Origin: Podarcis muralis
Taxonomy: Eukaryota
DNA: 64,000 nucleotides
Direction: 5' to 3'
NCBI RefSeq assembly: GCF_964188315.1
Contig: NC_135658.1
Coordinates: 51,150,001 to 51,214,000, forward strand
A program made the position numbers and the translations under genes. Every line of letters begins with the position of its first letter. The first letter of the stretch is position 1. A model generated the notes under the pieces. The model was not told the origin of the DNA, made no database searches, and was given only the letters and a program-made list of their open reading frames with translations. Positions 12,087-24,254 of this stretch are shown piece after piece.

Positions 12087-12796
12087 CACAGTTCGAAATT
12101 AGAAGGGTGCCAGGCGCACTTTGCGCCTAAAGATTCTCCATTTGTGAGCACCTCCAAAAGTTTGGGCGCCATTTTTGGCGCCCTACTGACACTCAAGGAT
12201 TACAGAAATGTGTGTGCTTTGAAGTTTAGGTTAAGGATAGACAATATGTTAAGGAGTTTAACAATACAGAGTAGTGTTTTGAAAACTGGTATGGTACCAA
12301 TATTTTTATTAAACATGCAAATTAAACATGCATTAACAATTTCTGCTAAAAATGTGATATTAACAATGTGTCAATTAAGAAGAGGAGTTTGGATTTGATA
12401 TCCCATTTTATCACTACCCGAAGGAGTCTCCAAGCGGCTAACATTCTCCTTTCCCTTCCTCCCCGACAACAAACACTCTGTGAGGTGAGTGGGGCTGAGA
12501 GACTTCAAAGAAGTATGACTAGCCCAAGGTCACCCAGCAGCTGCATGTGGAGGAGCGGAGACGCGAACCCGGTTCCCCAGATTACGAGACTACTGCTCTT
12601 AACCACCACACCACACTGGCTCTCTTATGTGAATTGCTTATCAAAATGATAGTATTAGTTCATGCTTATCAAAATAATAAATAAAAAGTGTTGCCACACA
12701 CCCCCAGTGGCGACTAGATATTCTGTTTTGGCACCCACAACCCATGTCCCACAAGCCATTTGGCTCCTAGCTTTTCTATCCCAGTTTCTAACACTG
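12087..12796 (+). mobile_element. hAT-like non-autonomous element, family B (interrupted by a CORE-SINE)
   Basis: Left part matches 51277-51545. Right end TTTCTAACACTG is shared with the 51562, 55578 and 57391 copies. No TSD retained. Confidence 0.7.
12377..12624 (-). mobile_element. CORE-domain tRNA SINE (Ther1/MIR-derived, Squam3-like), full length
   Basis: Minus strand has A-box gtggtgtggtggttaagag, B-box gggttcgcgtc, CORE gtgaccttgggctagtca and a (ctt)n tail. Confidence 0.85.
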
Positions 12797-13259
12797 ACTC
12801 ACAACACTCAACATGTCCCCAACCCCGTCCCCCCACTCTGCTTTTAAAGACCGGGGTGAAACCAAGCAGGTGTGCAGTTCTTGTCCCAAGTGGGAAGTCA
12901 GTGCTTGCAAGTGAGCACTCCTATGGAAAGGAGGGCATGTCCTTGTGATGGGAACAAAACCCAACCCTCCGACTCCCGCTCCAACAAAGACTTAGCCAAC
13001 TCTCACCAACTGGACAGCTGCCTCTATGGCCAGGAACTTCATTCTCTGGAGGCGGAGAAGAGACTGACTGAACCAACTCTGAGTAACAACAGGCACTCAC
13101 CATGTTACAACAGCTGCAACGCAGTGCCGGGCTGGGTGCAAGGTGTTGTGGCACAGCAGCTTCCTGGCTCCTAACAGCACCTGCACCATGCCATGCTGGA
13201 TAAACATGCTGGGAGTGGAGATACATGGTGGCTAGAGCATGGCAGGGGCATTGTTTCAG

Positions 13260-13470
13260 TAAAAGGTAAAGCTAAAGGACCCCTGGACGGTTGGGTCCAG
13301 TCAAAGGCGACTGGGGTTGCAGCGCTCATCTCGCTTTCAGGTCAAGGGAGCTGACGTTTGTCCGCAGACAGCTTTCCAGGTCATGTGGCCAGCATGAATA
13401 AACAGCCACTAGCAAATGGAACACCATGCTGAGTAACAGAGCACACAGAAATACTGTTTACCTTCCTGCC
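13260..13470 (-). mobile_element. Sauria SINE (Squam1-type), 3' half
   Basis: Reverse complement of the ggggtcctttacctttt tail and the gtcatgtggccagcatga core. Confidence 0.88.
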
Positions 13471-14785
13471 CTTCCAGTTGGGAGCTGTAGTTCAGCAACA
13501 CCTGGTGGGTCAAAAATTCCCATTCCCCATTCCCAACCTAAACAAATCAAAGCAAAATGTTTTACACACATTCTCTCTCTCGCTCCATATATATATACCT
13601 TTTCCCTTCACTGATACATCATCAGCACAAAGAAGCAAGAATGTGAGCAAGTTTTAATGTTGCTTTTAAATTACATTTAGTAATTTAGTCTAACCACAAG
13701 GAATCATAAACTGCTTTTGATCCCTGAATTCAAACAATCATGAAGAACAATTATATATTTTGAACTTTTTTAAAAAATTATTCATCTGCTATTCCAAAAC
13801 CTAGACTGTTTTCTACTCTATCACTAAAAGAAGAAAGGAGCATCAAAGACTTTAAATGGAAATGAAATCAAGGTACCCAACAGATTGAAAACTTGCCATG
13901 TTTTTTGTGGGTTTTTTGCAAGCACAGTCTTGGAATCAGCTCTGCGAAATGTATAAAGTTTTATTGATACAGGCATTTCCTAACTTGAGATTGCCTCAGC
14001 CACTTGATAGCATGATAACTTCCTTTAGGCCTTTACTCTCTCTCTCTCTCAACTTCCCTCTCTTGCTAGTCTGGAACACAGCTGTTCAATTAATCAGTCT
14101 GTTTATTTGAGGATGCCAGCCCTCAGAAAGCAGGAAAATTGGGATCTTTTCCTTCTAACTCCATATGCAATTTTACTTTAAACTCCTCATAAGCACCATC
14201 ATATGTACGGCTTTCTATTAATATGTTAACCATATGAACATTTTCTCACTTTCTTGTTTTCATAAATTGCTCATCTATTAATGGGGGAAAAGAAAATTAT
14301 TTACAAGAAACAAATAGCCTTCCATTTTTTCCTTCACTTTTCCTTCCTAATACACTTTATGCATTTACTAAGTCTTAACACCCTGTCTCCCAATCAGAAT
14401 TTGATTACCCCACGGCTGACTCTGCACATAATGTTAAACCGTAGTTTAATACCATGTGCACAGTTCTTAAGCACACATGTTCCCCCTCTCCCCTGGCAGA
14501 ATATATCTGAGCTCAGACTAACGATAGCTAATGTGAACTATAGTTCTTCACGGTAGGAGTGGCTAACCTTTTTCTTATACAGGGACACACTGATCCATGG
14601 TCAACCCTCATGTCTAAGTGGGTGTAGCCATTAAAAATAAAATAAAATAAGGAGAACATTTTAAAGGCTTGGGTGGAAGGCTGTCACAAAACACCTTGTG
14701 GCATCACAACCTATTGGGCCAACAGGAAAGGCCAATAAATAAAAAAAATTTGAAAAATAGTAATATGGTGGTAGTTTTGAAGGCC

Positions 14786-14789
<4 letters not shown>

Positions 14790-14816
<27 letters not shown>
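14790..14816. repeat. (TG)13 microsatellite
   Basis: Direct read. Confidence 0.97.
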
Positions 14817-15128
14817 AGCATAACAGGATGCATACAAAAATAGTCTGTTGGGGAGGGGCGGCATTTTTTGAAAAGAAAAAAAATTGGGCCACACCTGGTT
14901 AAAAGAAATAAGTCAGCATCAGAAACCATGGTATGAAGTTAGCCTGTTCCCCACAGTTTGCAAACAAATAACACTTAACAGATTGGATTAATTACTTAAA
15001 CTACTTAATTGCATTGTAGATTGTAGATTTTATTTTAATTACCATTCATAAATAAAAACATTGTAATATCTAAAAAATATTATACTGGGATGTTGATGTA
15101 TCTCTAGCTGAGAAGAGGAAACCTATCT

Positions 15129-15259
15129 CAGGAATATGGAATCTGCAGCCTCCAGATATTATTGGATTACAATTCCCACCATCCCTGCCTATTGGCCATA
15201 CTGTCTGGGGCTCATGGAAATTCAGCAACACATGTATGACTGCAGGTTCCCCATCTATG
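15129..15259. mobile_element. Palindromic MITE family P (degenerate)
   Basis: ccagatattattggattacaattcccacc core and ggttccccatc end. Confidence 0.6.
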
Positions 15260-15705
15260 TCCTATTCCTGGAGAGGGAGAAGAGTTAAAATGCATGCCGA
15301 ACCTTCTATCAGTGAAAACAATTTCTTTAAAATAATAAAGATCACTAGGGTCTATGGGTGCAAGATGCTGACTACCACCTCAGCAGTGAAGACTCCCTTG
15401 AAATACCTAGAGGGGATGGATGAAATTAAATTGGGACCCATAACTGAGTCGTGTGCCAGTGGTTCCTCACTTCCGCTGTAATGCCTGATACGATAGCTTA
15501 AAATGGACATTTTTGCCAATATAATCCATGCATTCAAATATATGTGCTTGTATATATAATTTTCATGCAGTTTCACATACTTACTTTCTCTCCTACTTTT
15601 TCTCTACATTTCTGCTATATTTACATTTCCCCCAGATATTTATTGCAATCTATGCATTATATCCTTTGTGTGAATAGACATATTCTGTGTAGTATTCAAG
15701 ATGTG

Positions 15706-15916
15706 CAGTCGGGTTAAGTACTTAATTCGTTCCGGAGGTCTGTTCTTAACCTCAAACTGTTCTTAACCTGAAGCACCACTTTAGCTAATGGGGCCTCCTG
15801 CTGCCACTGCTGCACGATTTCTGTTCTCATCCTGAAGCAAAGTTCTTAAACTGAGGTAATATTTCTGGGTTAGCGGAGTCTGTAACCTGAAGCGTATGTA
15901 ACCCGAGGAACCACTG
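15706..15916 (+). mobile_element. Tigger/pogo-like (TcMar) MITE, left TIR damaged
   Basis: Body identical in pattern to the other four copies; right end CCGAGGAACCACTG followed by TA. Confidence 0.85.
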
Positions 15917-16169
15917 TATTTAGCCTAAAAACAAACAAACCTCAAAGCACATACTATTGATATATCAAGTTAGAAGTTAGTGAAATTAAAATATCCCTCT
16001 CCTAAATGACATGTTTGGTAGATCTTCATCTAAAGAGAGAACAGCCACTTGATAATTCAACAGCTGTTCCAAAATCACCATTTTATACAATGACCTACTT
16101 TATGTCAACGTTCCCCTCTGGGCCTTGTGTGAGCTGTCACAACTGCACAAGCCTGGGAGCTCTTTTTTA

Positions 16170-16172
<3 letters not shown>

Positions 16173-16214
<42 letters not shown>
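16173..16214. repeat. (ATC)14 microsatellite
   Basis: Direct read. Confidence 0.97.
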
Positions 16215-17345
16215 TAATTAATTTATGCATTCCTGGTTTTACTACAGAAGTTGCCAAAGGCAATTCACTAATCTAAGAAGTTGGATTCAGTTTAAAGTAT
16301 CACCTAGGCAACAGAAACAGCTGTGATTTCCCCTGCTTCTGAAACCTACTTTAGGGTCTAACATCAAAAAATATGAAGCTTCAAGATGTAGCGACACTCA
16401 GACTTTGAAACGGTGAACCAAATAATTAAAAAATGCATTGATAAATTCAAAACCAAGGCTGTATTCTGTATTTGTCTTCTATTTCAAATAACCTAATATG
16501 AATTGCACAGAGTTATGCAGCCTGGCAAGAGAAAATCATAGGCTAAGTGGGCCAAAACAGCAGGGGAGCTGTCCAGCCAAAGAATGCAACAAAAGAGGAT
16601 GGGCATAAAAAGATGTTGCACCAGCAGCCACTAAGCAGGAACTGAATGGTTTTACAGTCGGACCTACTAACCCACACCCTTCCAAGGGCATAGCTTGGTC
16701 ATGATCCAGAACATCTATTAGCTTTTATCTCTTCTGTGCTGCCAAATGGACTGTCTCTCTGTTAGTGGGGCAGGAGAGCTGAAAATTTATTTCACATCTG
16801 GCAACCAATGTGCCCCTTTGGTTTCAGATAGTACACAGGTAGATAAGTCTAAAAAGCCTGGTACACACATTTTTTAAGTCCTCTAGCAGCTATGCTGGCT
16901 CATTTACGAGAAGTAATGTATTGTTAACTCTGGAAGTGTATACTTGATTCTGACCAAACTAAGGACCAAACTCCTAGGACTGGATTTGATCCTGGATCCA
17001 TAATTGTCTCTGGTCCTGGTGAAGAGTCCAGAGTTGTGTAGAAGTTGGTGGATAATACATCCCCTAATTCTGCAACCTCCCACCAAAAGGGAGACTCTGC
17101 CTTCTAGAGTTGCAACCTCAGGCTATCCCTCAGGGTTTGACAACTCCCTCTGGTCCCAATCTCTGCTAAGGCCAGTGCTGGGGGTTAAACACATCTGGGT
17201 CACAATATTTGGGTTTAACAACACACATCTGTATTGGACCCAGCATGTGACCAGACCCTGATCCAGATAAGACATGTTCACATGTGTCCTGTCCTTCCTT
17301 GAAGAGCTCAGGATGGTGTGAATGATTGCTTGTTTTGTTTTAATT

Positions 17346-17568
17346 CACACAATCCTGTGAGAAAGATTGATAATAATTTTATTATTTATACCCTGCCCAT
17401 CTGGCTGGGTTTCCCCACCCACATTGGGCAGCTTAAAGTACATATAAAAACAAAGTAAACATAGATTGAGAAATAGTAACTGGCCCAAGGTCACCCCGAG
17501 AGTTTCACTGCTGAGTGGCAATTTGAATTCATATCTTTCTAGCACTCCAGCCACTGCATTATACTGGT
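17346..17568 (-). mobile_element. Old CORE-SINE remnant split by a LINE tail
   Basis: aatcctgtgag ... tggcccaaggtcaccc...ctgagtggcaatttgaa CORE motifs. Confidence 0.6.
17371..17462 (-). mobile_element. L2-type LINE 3' tail insertion
   Basis: tttataccctgcccatctggctgggtttcccc; flanked by a 7-bp direct repeat agattga. Confidence 0.65.
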
Positions 17569-19734
17569 TCCCAGGCCATGCCTGATCTTCTCCTAACTGT
17601 TCACCTCGTCTTGAGTTCTTGTTCTGTGCTGCCCAGTCAGCATTCCCTGCCACTCAGTTTACACTTCTTTCCACAAAGGTTTTGGTTTTGATCCCAGTTT
17701 TTACTGGACTCAGATAACTGACTTGGCTGCAAAGCTCAGTTACTTCTGATTTTGTCACCTTGACTGGGCTACTTACCCAGTTCCCAACTCATATTTGCAA
17801 CCAACTCTGACTTAGTATACAACTTTCTCTAGATCTCCTCCAACAATCCATCCAAACCCAGTCCCGTTCATGTAGAGACTCACTCTTACAGTTCCCTTGT
17901 ACTGATCTGTCTAAGGCAAAGCATTAACACAGGACATGCAAGACTGCTTCAACAACTCTTAGGATCCATTGCAAGAAACTGCAGGCTGTGCAGTCAGACA
18001 GAACGGCCTGAGGGCAAACAGTCACTGTGGACAGTCACTTAATCCATGAGCTGTCGTTTTACCACAACCTCTCAAAATCTCAAGCTGTGTTTTAATCCAA
18101 ACTGTGAAGAGTCTGGAATCCCTGAAGCAATTAAGTGTTGCTGTCATATTCATTAACAGTTTGCTCAGAGTCCCAGTCTTGATGGGAAATATGTTGACGT
18201 TCATGGTTAACATCAACTTGACATTCTGTCTTAATTTCAGCTCTTAAACACTGCTCAAAGATTTCTAAACACATGTACCACATTAAGAATGTGCATTTGG
18301 AATCACACATTCTGACAACTGACCCCTAAAGTATAAACCCATTTATAAGCTCATTTATCTTAGGCATGCCGGAGGTAGCTCTTTGGATTCTGACCCACAT
18401 TTTGGAGAAGTAATGGTTTAGAGAGTAACTGGTTTAATCTCAATGAGCCAGGAGGAAGAAATAAGTTTTAAGATTATACAGTATTAAGGTTTTTTAATTT
18501 ACAGGGCAGCAGCTGAAATGCTTTAAGCATCTATGCACCGATGCAACTTGAATATCAGAAAAGCGGTGATATAAGTCACTACCCTTCTACATGTTTTGCT
18601 TCCTTAACAGAACAGGATGCCTCAGGGTGCACAAGCTATAACGATTACATATTCCAATCAACTAAACATCACAACGGAGTATTCCAGGGTTCAGACAGTG
18701 CTTTATTAACCCACAATGTGTGTCGGAAAGTCCTAAACTATGGTTTCACTGTATACAAATGAGTCTCAAGCTAACAAGCTTCCAACTAGACAAAATTTTA
18801 TATATATATATTATTCACTTTACTGGAGTTTGTTACTGCCTAGCTGCTTCTATATTCACCAACTTCTATATTCCTCACAAGAAGTGACGTCCTGCTAGGG
18901 CTGAGAAAGACCTCTGTCTGAAATTCCAGTCAGTAGACAGTACAGAGCTAGCAATGGTCTGGCTCAGTATAAAGGCAAGGCTTCCTAGCAGCACAAATAA
19001 ATACAGAATGTGTTCATATGAGCACGATACAATCATCTTGGGGCATGACTTATTCTCAGCTGGGGTTGTTGATGAATAAGCACAGCAAGACCAATTGTGT
19101 AGAAGATCACACACCTAAGGAGGGGAAATTAATTTCTTTAGTAATGTAGGCATTCTAAGGATTTGTCAAGACCCTGATTCCACAGCCCTTAATTTGCTAT
19201 AATCAATTCCAATTCTGTGGCTTCACTTTGCTTAGAAGTATGGCAAGTTTCAGGTGTGAGGTTGAAATGCTCTTCCACTGGATTCTCCATGCATTTGTAC
19301 TCTGCCTAGTGCTGGGAAATACTCGCTGCTATGCCTTGCATTGCTTGATTTTTTGACCTCACCTAATGCATATGTATGTATTTGTAATACATTTTCTCCT
19401 TCTCACAATGCTCAGGGCATTTATATGCCTCCAATTGCTTTAAATGTGAAATGTGTTATGGCAAATGAAAGCTTATGCCATTAGTGCTTTGTTAGTCTTC
19501 AAGCGCTCCAAAACACTCTGCTGCAATTGCTGCAACAGACTTTGTGGCTACCCCCTGGTATATTTCACCCTACCCACCCCCCTGAACTTAATCAGAGGTA
19601 CTTCTGAGCAAGTCTGTCCATTTTTATTGGGCGATGTCTAACTATGCTATACTCAGAGCACACCGATTTCAGTGGCTTTACTCTAAGTACAATATCTGCC
19701 ACAAATTGTTTATAGCTGATGGACATCTACCATA

Positions 19735-19960
19735 CAGTGGTACCTCTGGTTACGTACTTAATTCGTTCCAGAGGTCCGCTCTTAACCTGAAACTGTTCTT
19801 AACCTGAAGTGCCACTTTAGCTAATGGGGCCTCCTGCTGCTGCCGTGCCGTCGCCGCGCGATTGCTGTTCTCATCCTGAAGCAAAGTTCTTAACCCAAGG
19901 TATTATTTCTGGGTTAGTGGAGTCTGTAACCTGAAGCGTATGTAACCCGAGGTACCACTG
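19735..19960 (+). mobile_element. Tigger/pogo-like MITE
   Basis: TIR CAGTGGTACCTC..GGTT / AACCCGAGGTACCACTG; TA TSDs. Confidence 0.92.
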
Positions 19961-21147
19961 TATATTGGTTCGTCTGTCCATCTGCTTGTTCTCTATACTG
20001 TTTGGGGATCAGAAAAGTAGCACATACCTTTCTTGCTGCTAGTGCACATGAACCGAACCTACCCTACAGGAAACAAACCTGTCTACACAGGCCAGCAATC
20101 ATCTAATTAAAAAATTGTCTGTTTGACCTAGAAAATTCAGAAATGAAAAAAAAAAATCTATTCCCAAGCGACTTACAAAAATACAGAATATAGAGCATAA
20201 TGTATTCAATCTGTTCTGATCTGCACACAGAGAGATGGTAAAAAAAAACCCATTACCAGCCAGGAATTTCATGTTTGGAGACAGAGGCCACAATCCTGTG
20301 CCCATTCAGCTGGGCGTACACTCCACTAAACTTAATGATGCTTACTTTTTAGTAAACACATCTGAGATTCCACTGTTACTTGGTCTATTAACAGCACAAT
20401 CCTAACCATACCTATTCAGAAGCAAATCCTATGGCTTTCAATGGCGTTAACTCCTAGCAGGGTTAGAATTGCAGTTTTGGGTATGCGGAGCTGTACATAC
20501 TGAGGCCCCCAGAGCCATATGAGTCGATCTTCTCCAACAACATTTGTGTGGGCAAGGTATAGATGCTCTGAAAACAATCACTACCTGCCTGTCTGGCCAA
20601 TCTTTCATTTATATTAGCAGCAGCCCTCCGTGTCATAGAAAGGAGATGAGACTTGGTGAGAAATTATTGTGACTGAGGTGAGGAGGGGTGATTTTGTTTG
20701 TTAATACAAAGTTGGGGGCGGGAGATACATTTTATGCCTACAGTTACTCATCTGCTTTGACGCTATCACGCTCCCTGCTAACAGGAAATTTGAAAACTTG
20801 CACAAATGTCCCCATCTCTGATCTGCAGCACAGTCCTGCTAGCTAGATAATAATTGGCAGAATGAAAAGGACAAAACTGGGACAGGATATAACATTCCTC
20901 CCTCCCTCCCGCTACTTTCCAGAATACAAAGCATGTATGATGTGCGTCAAGCTATGAACAAGAAGACATAGGTTGCCTTAATGTTCCTGTTTGTTGGTAT
21001 CAGTGTGGTTTTTTTGATGTCATTTAGGCTCCCGGCTTCCTATTCCTATCAGTAGAAGCACCCATCAGTTCCCATGTTCAACCAGCTGTCTCCAATTACA
21101 TACAAAATAAACAGCAAATAATACGCCATGTGCTGTGTTTCAGTAAA

Positions 21148-21831
21148 TGGAGCTGTGGTCTAAAAAACTGAGCCTCTTGGAAGGTCAGCGGTTCGAATCC
21201 CCGCAATGGAGTGAGCTCCTGTTGCTCTGTCCCAGCTCCTGCCAACCTAGCAGTTCGAAAGCACGCCAGTGCAAGTACCGTATATACTCGAGTATAAGCC
21301 GACTTTTCCAGCACATTTTGTATGCTGAAAAAGCCCCCCTCGGCTTATACTCAAGTGAGGGTCCTTTCGGGCTGCTCCTTCCTCCTCCACCACCTTTGCC
21401 ACTATCAGTGGCGGCAGAGGAGGAACGAGCAGCCCAAAAGCAGCCCTTTGGGGCTGCTTGTTCTTCCTCTGCCACTGCCGCCACAAGCCTCTGGTGTGGT
21501 GAACCGGCTTATACTCAAGTCAATACGTTTTCCCAGTTTTTTGTGGTAAAATGAGGTGCCTCGGCTTATATTCAGGTCAGCTTATACTCAAGTATATACG
21601 GCAGATAAATAGGCAGCAGGGAGATAAATGGCGTTTCCGTGTGCTCTGGCTTCCATCACGGTGTTCCTTTGTGCCAGAAGCGGTTTAGTCATGCTGGCCA
21701 CATGACCTGGAAAGCTGTCTGTGGACAAACACCGGCTCCCTCAGCCTGAAAGCGAGATGAGCGCCGCACCCCATAATCGCCTTTGGCTGGACTTAACCGT
21801 CCAGGGGTCCTTTACCTTTTACCTTTACTTT
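21148..21831 (+). mobile_element. Sauria SINE, interrupted by a Tc2-like MITE
   Basis: tRNA-like head (gctgtggtc...ggttcgaatcccc) and (accttt)n tail. Confidence 0.9.
21278..21601. mobile_element. Tc2/mariner-like MITE nested in a Sauria SINE
   Basis: TIRs CCGTATATACTCGAGTATAAGC / GCTTATACTCAAGTATATACGG; flanks TA/CA; splits the SINE motif gcaagta|gataaatagg. Confidence 0.85.
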
Positions 21832-21880
21832 AAATGTAGTTTTACTTTTTAGGGGACTATGCACAGAGGCAGAGCCCTCC

Positions 21881-22033
21881 CCACAATCACTGCAGCTGGT
21901 CCAGAAGCTGCCTATGGTGCAGGATGGAGCATGTTATCGCACACATCTGGCACATCTCTTAAATGAGCTGCACGAGCTACCAGTGAGCTTCCAGGCCAGG
22001 CTTAAAGTTCTTAAACAGATTTACAAAAGCCCA
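21881..22033 (+). mobile_element. L2 LINE ORF2 C-terminal remnant
   Basis: Translates as SLQLVQK...HLAHLLNELHELPVSFQARLKVLKQIYKS, resembling the L2 motif LQLVQN...HITPVLKELHWLPV.FR..FKVL..TYKAL. Confidence 0.6.
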
Positions 22034-23591
22034 GGGGCAGCAGCAGGGCTAGAGGAGGAGTGAATGCTTGGCTTAGTATTGTGTGCAAACCAGGTCACTG
22101 GCTTTGTGATTCTTAAATGAAAAGCTATATGCCCCCACACACACAATTTTTAAAGTATCTATAGTTCCATAATCTGGGACTTCATTTTAAACATATTTAT
22201 GATTTTCACACCTTTGGACTACAGAAACATATGAGCAAGACACAAATTAAGACATAGTTGCCTGTTCCATCTGCAGCAGGCATAGGGAATCTGTGGCTAT
22301 CCAAATGATGGTGGGCTACAGTGCCAACCATTTTTATGTATAAAAATACTTATAAACTAAAATTTAATTTTAAAAAAGTATGTATCATATATACAACAAA
22401 AACTATTTTTTTCTTCTTTAACTGTCTGAAAAGGTTGCTGAGAGTTGCTAGCTGACCCTATTCCCCTCCCAAAGGTACAATTCCCAGAGTATACTAACAA
22501 CCAATCCTTCTTCACAGGAAACTTTGGGAATTGCAGTTGTTAATGGAATAGGGGGCCTCTAACAACTCTCAGCACCTTTATCTAACTACAGCTCTGAGAA
22601 TTCGGCCGGGGGGTGGGGGAGCCATGACTATTTGAAGAGGTTTCTTAGTGCTTTAAAGGTCTAGTGTGAACATGGCTCTCTGGGATGTAAAAACTGGTAT
22701 AGCTACTATCCATTTCTTAGCATCAGAAATTCTCACAACATTGTTCATAATTCATTGTTTGGCTGCTGTAGACAAATTGCCCACCACATTGCCATTCACT
22801 CCTGCTGAGAATTGCTTGTAGCTGAATTTAGGAGATGTACCTTTTCTTACTTAAGCCTACGTTAAGAATGCATGATTCCAGTTCCCCATGGACAGAGGCA
22901 GCAAAGACCAGAAAAAGAAGTGGATTTCCTAGGGCTTTCTAATCATTACTGCCACAAACCTGTCTGACACATATACACACTATGCTTTTGCACTGTGCCA
23001 ACTAAATGTAATGCTACTGCCATGAATTTAAAACCTTAGTTTTTTTGTGTTGTACTCATACGGCTATAAGGCCACAATGTGGTTAAAACTGAGAAGTCTT
23101 GGGGGATGATGCTTGTGGATTTCATTAAAGTCCCCCTTACCTATCATCTCATAATTTGAGCATGGTTTTTGCCTTTTCCCCCCTTGTGCTCACTTCTCCC
23201 ATTCAAAGGAAAGCATCGGATGATTGGTTATGTTACCATAATTTGTACATAGGTTCTCAACCTCATTGGTTTCTTATCATTACTTTTAAGAAAGGTTCTG
23301 TTTAGAAGTCTGCAAACTTTTTACACAATTTCATAAACATAGAAAAGAAACAACAACAACACCACAGGGCATGAAGGAGGCTGGCTGTGCAGTACAAAAA
23401 AGATGAGGCACAAAACAATGAAAAAAATCACTCATTCCCAAAATTAAATTACAAACCAAAATGGCTATTAATACTTATACTGGGAAATCACAGTCCTTCG
23501 TATGAAAACTAACTGTCAAAGTGACTAAATCCATCCTTTGTTGCTTCACTGCCACAACCAAATTATCAACCACCTGGGCTCTAACAGGATA

Positions 23592-23662
23592 CAGAATCAC
23601 AGAATTGGAGAGTTGGAAGGGACCCTGAGGGAAATCTAGTCCAACCCCCTGCAATGCAGGAA
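23592..23662 (-). mobile_element. CR1 (or CR1-tailed SINE) 3' end
   Basis: Minus strand ttcctgcattgcagggggttggactaga...ggtcccttccaactctccaattctgtgattctg. Confidence 0.8.
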
Positions 23663-24086
23663 AATATGGATGATAAACCATTATTTTTCTTGGCCTGCTT
23701 TGCAAGGCGAACATGCTGTAGAAAAGCAACACAAAGCTCTTTGTAATGGAGAAAGCAACAAACTAGGACTTGACACTGTGTCCTGTTATGACATGAGGAG
23801 CAACTTATGAACTAGGGTCTTGATTAAACAAGCACCCTCCTTATCCTGAGGAGAGCTGTGCAAACTATTAGCCTGAACAGACTGAATGCCTTTTGTTAGC
23901 TTCAGGCAGAACTCACTGGCCACAACTTGAAAGCTAGAGAAACCTTCATTAAACTGAACAAAAGGACAAGACAATCCAGAGGATTGGGAGGGGGGAGAGT
24001 AGATGACAGAAGATTCCACTTTGAAGCTGAAAGATTTGCATTCTTGGTGGTTGTTAAAAACTATTTATGTTCAGGCAGAAACTTAC

Positions 24087-24254
24087 ATGCTGACAGTACT
24101 GCAAAATCCCTTCTTTTGTCGCAATGCAGCTCTTGGTTCCAGAAGGGTCAGATTCCCATTTTCCGTTCTGAACATTCATATGCATATTCAGCTTGCCACA
24201 GAACATGGCCACTTGGGGCTCCGCCAACAGGCCAGCATTTCCATCAGTAGGCAC
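24087..24254 (-). CDS. APP: APP exon 2 (E1 growth-factor-like domain, N-terminal part), [56 protein letters not shown]
   Basis: Acceptor ttttctgttctag|GTG and donor CAT|gtaagt. Length is 168 nt as in mammals, and the translation is near-identical to vertebrate APP residues 20-75. Confidence 0.99.

Larger units (their letters stand above)
2621..24086 (-). other. APP: APP intron 2 (~21.5 kb)
   Basis: GT..AG bounded by the exon 2 donor and exon 3 acceptor; phase 0. Confidence 0.95.

Noticed and set aside
14554-14897. Possible hAT MITE (taggagtggctaacc ... gggccacacctg)
   Set aside because: The termini match only weakly and there is no TSD, so boundaries cannot be supported.
11021-16214. CRISPR-like or other prokaryotic repeat-spacer arrays
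   Set aside because: The repeats here are simple microsatellites without unique spacers, and the window is eukaryotic.
16900-17870. Pyrimidine-rich, LTR-like stretches
   Set aside because: No TG..CA boundaries, TSD or second copy could be identified.
18022-18216. 64-aa minus-strand ORF considered as an extra APP exon
   Set aside because: No similarity to the APP family, and exons 2 and 3 already join in frame.
24054-24086. ORF-track extension of exon 2 ([10 protein letters not shown])
   Set aside because: Intronic read-through beyond the gtaagt donor.
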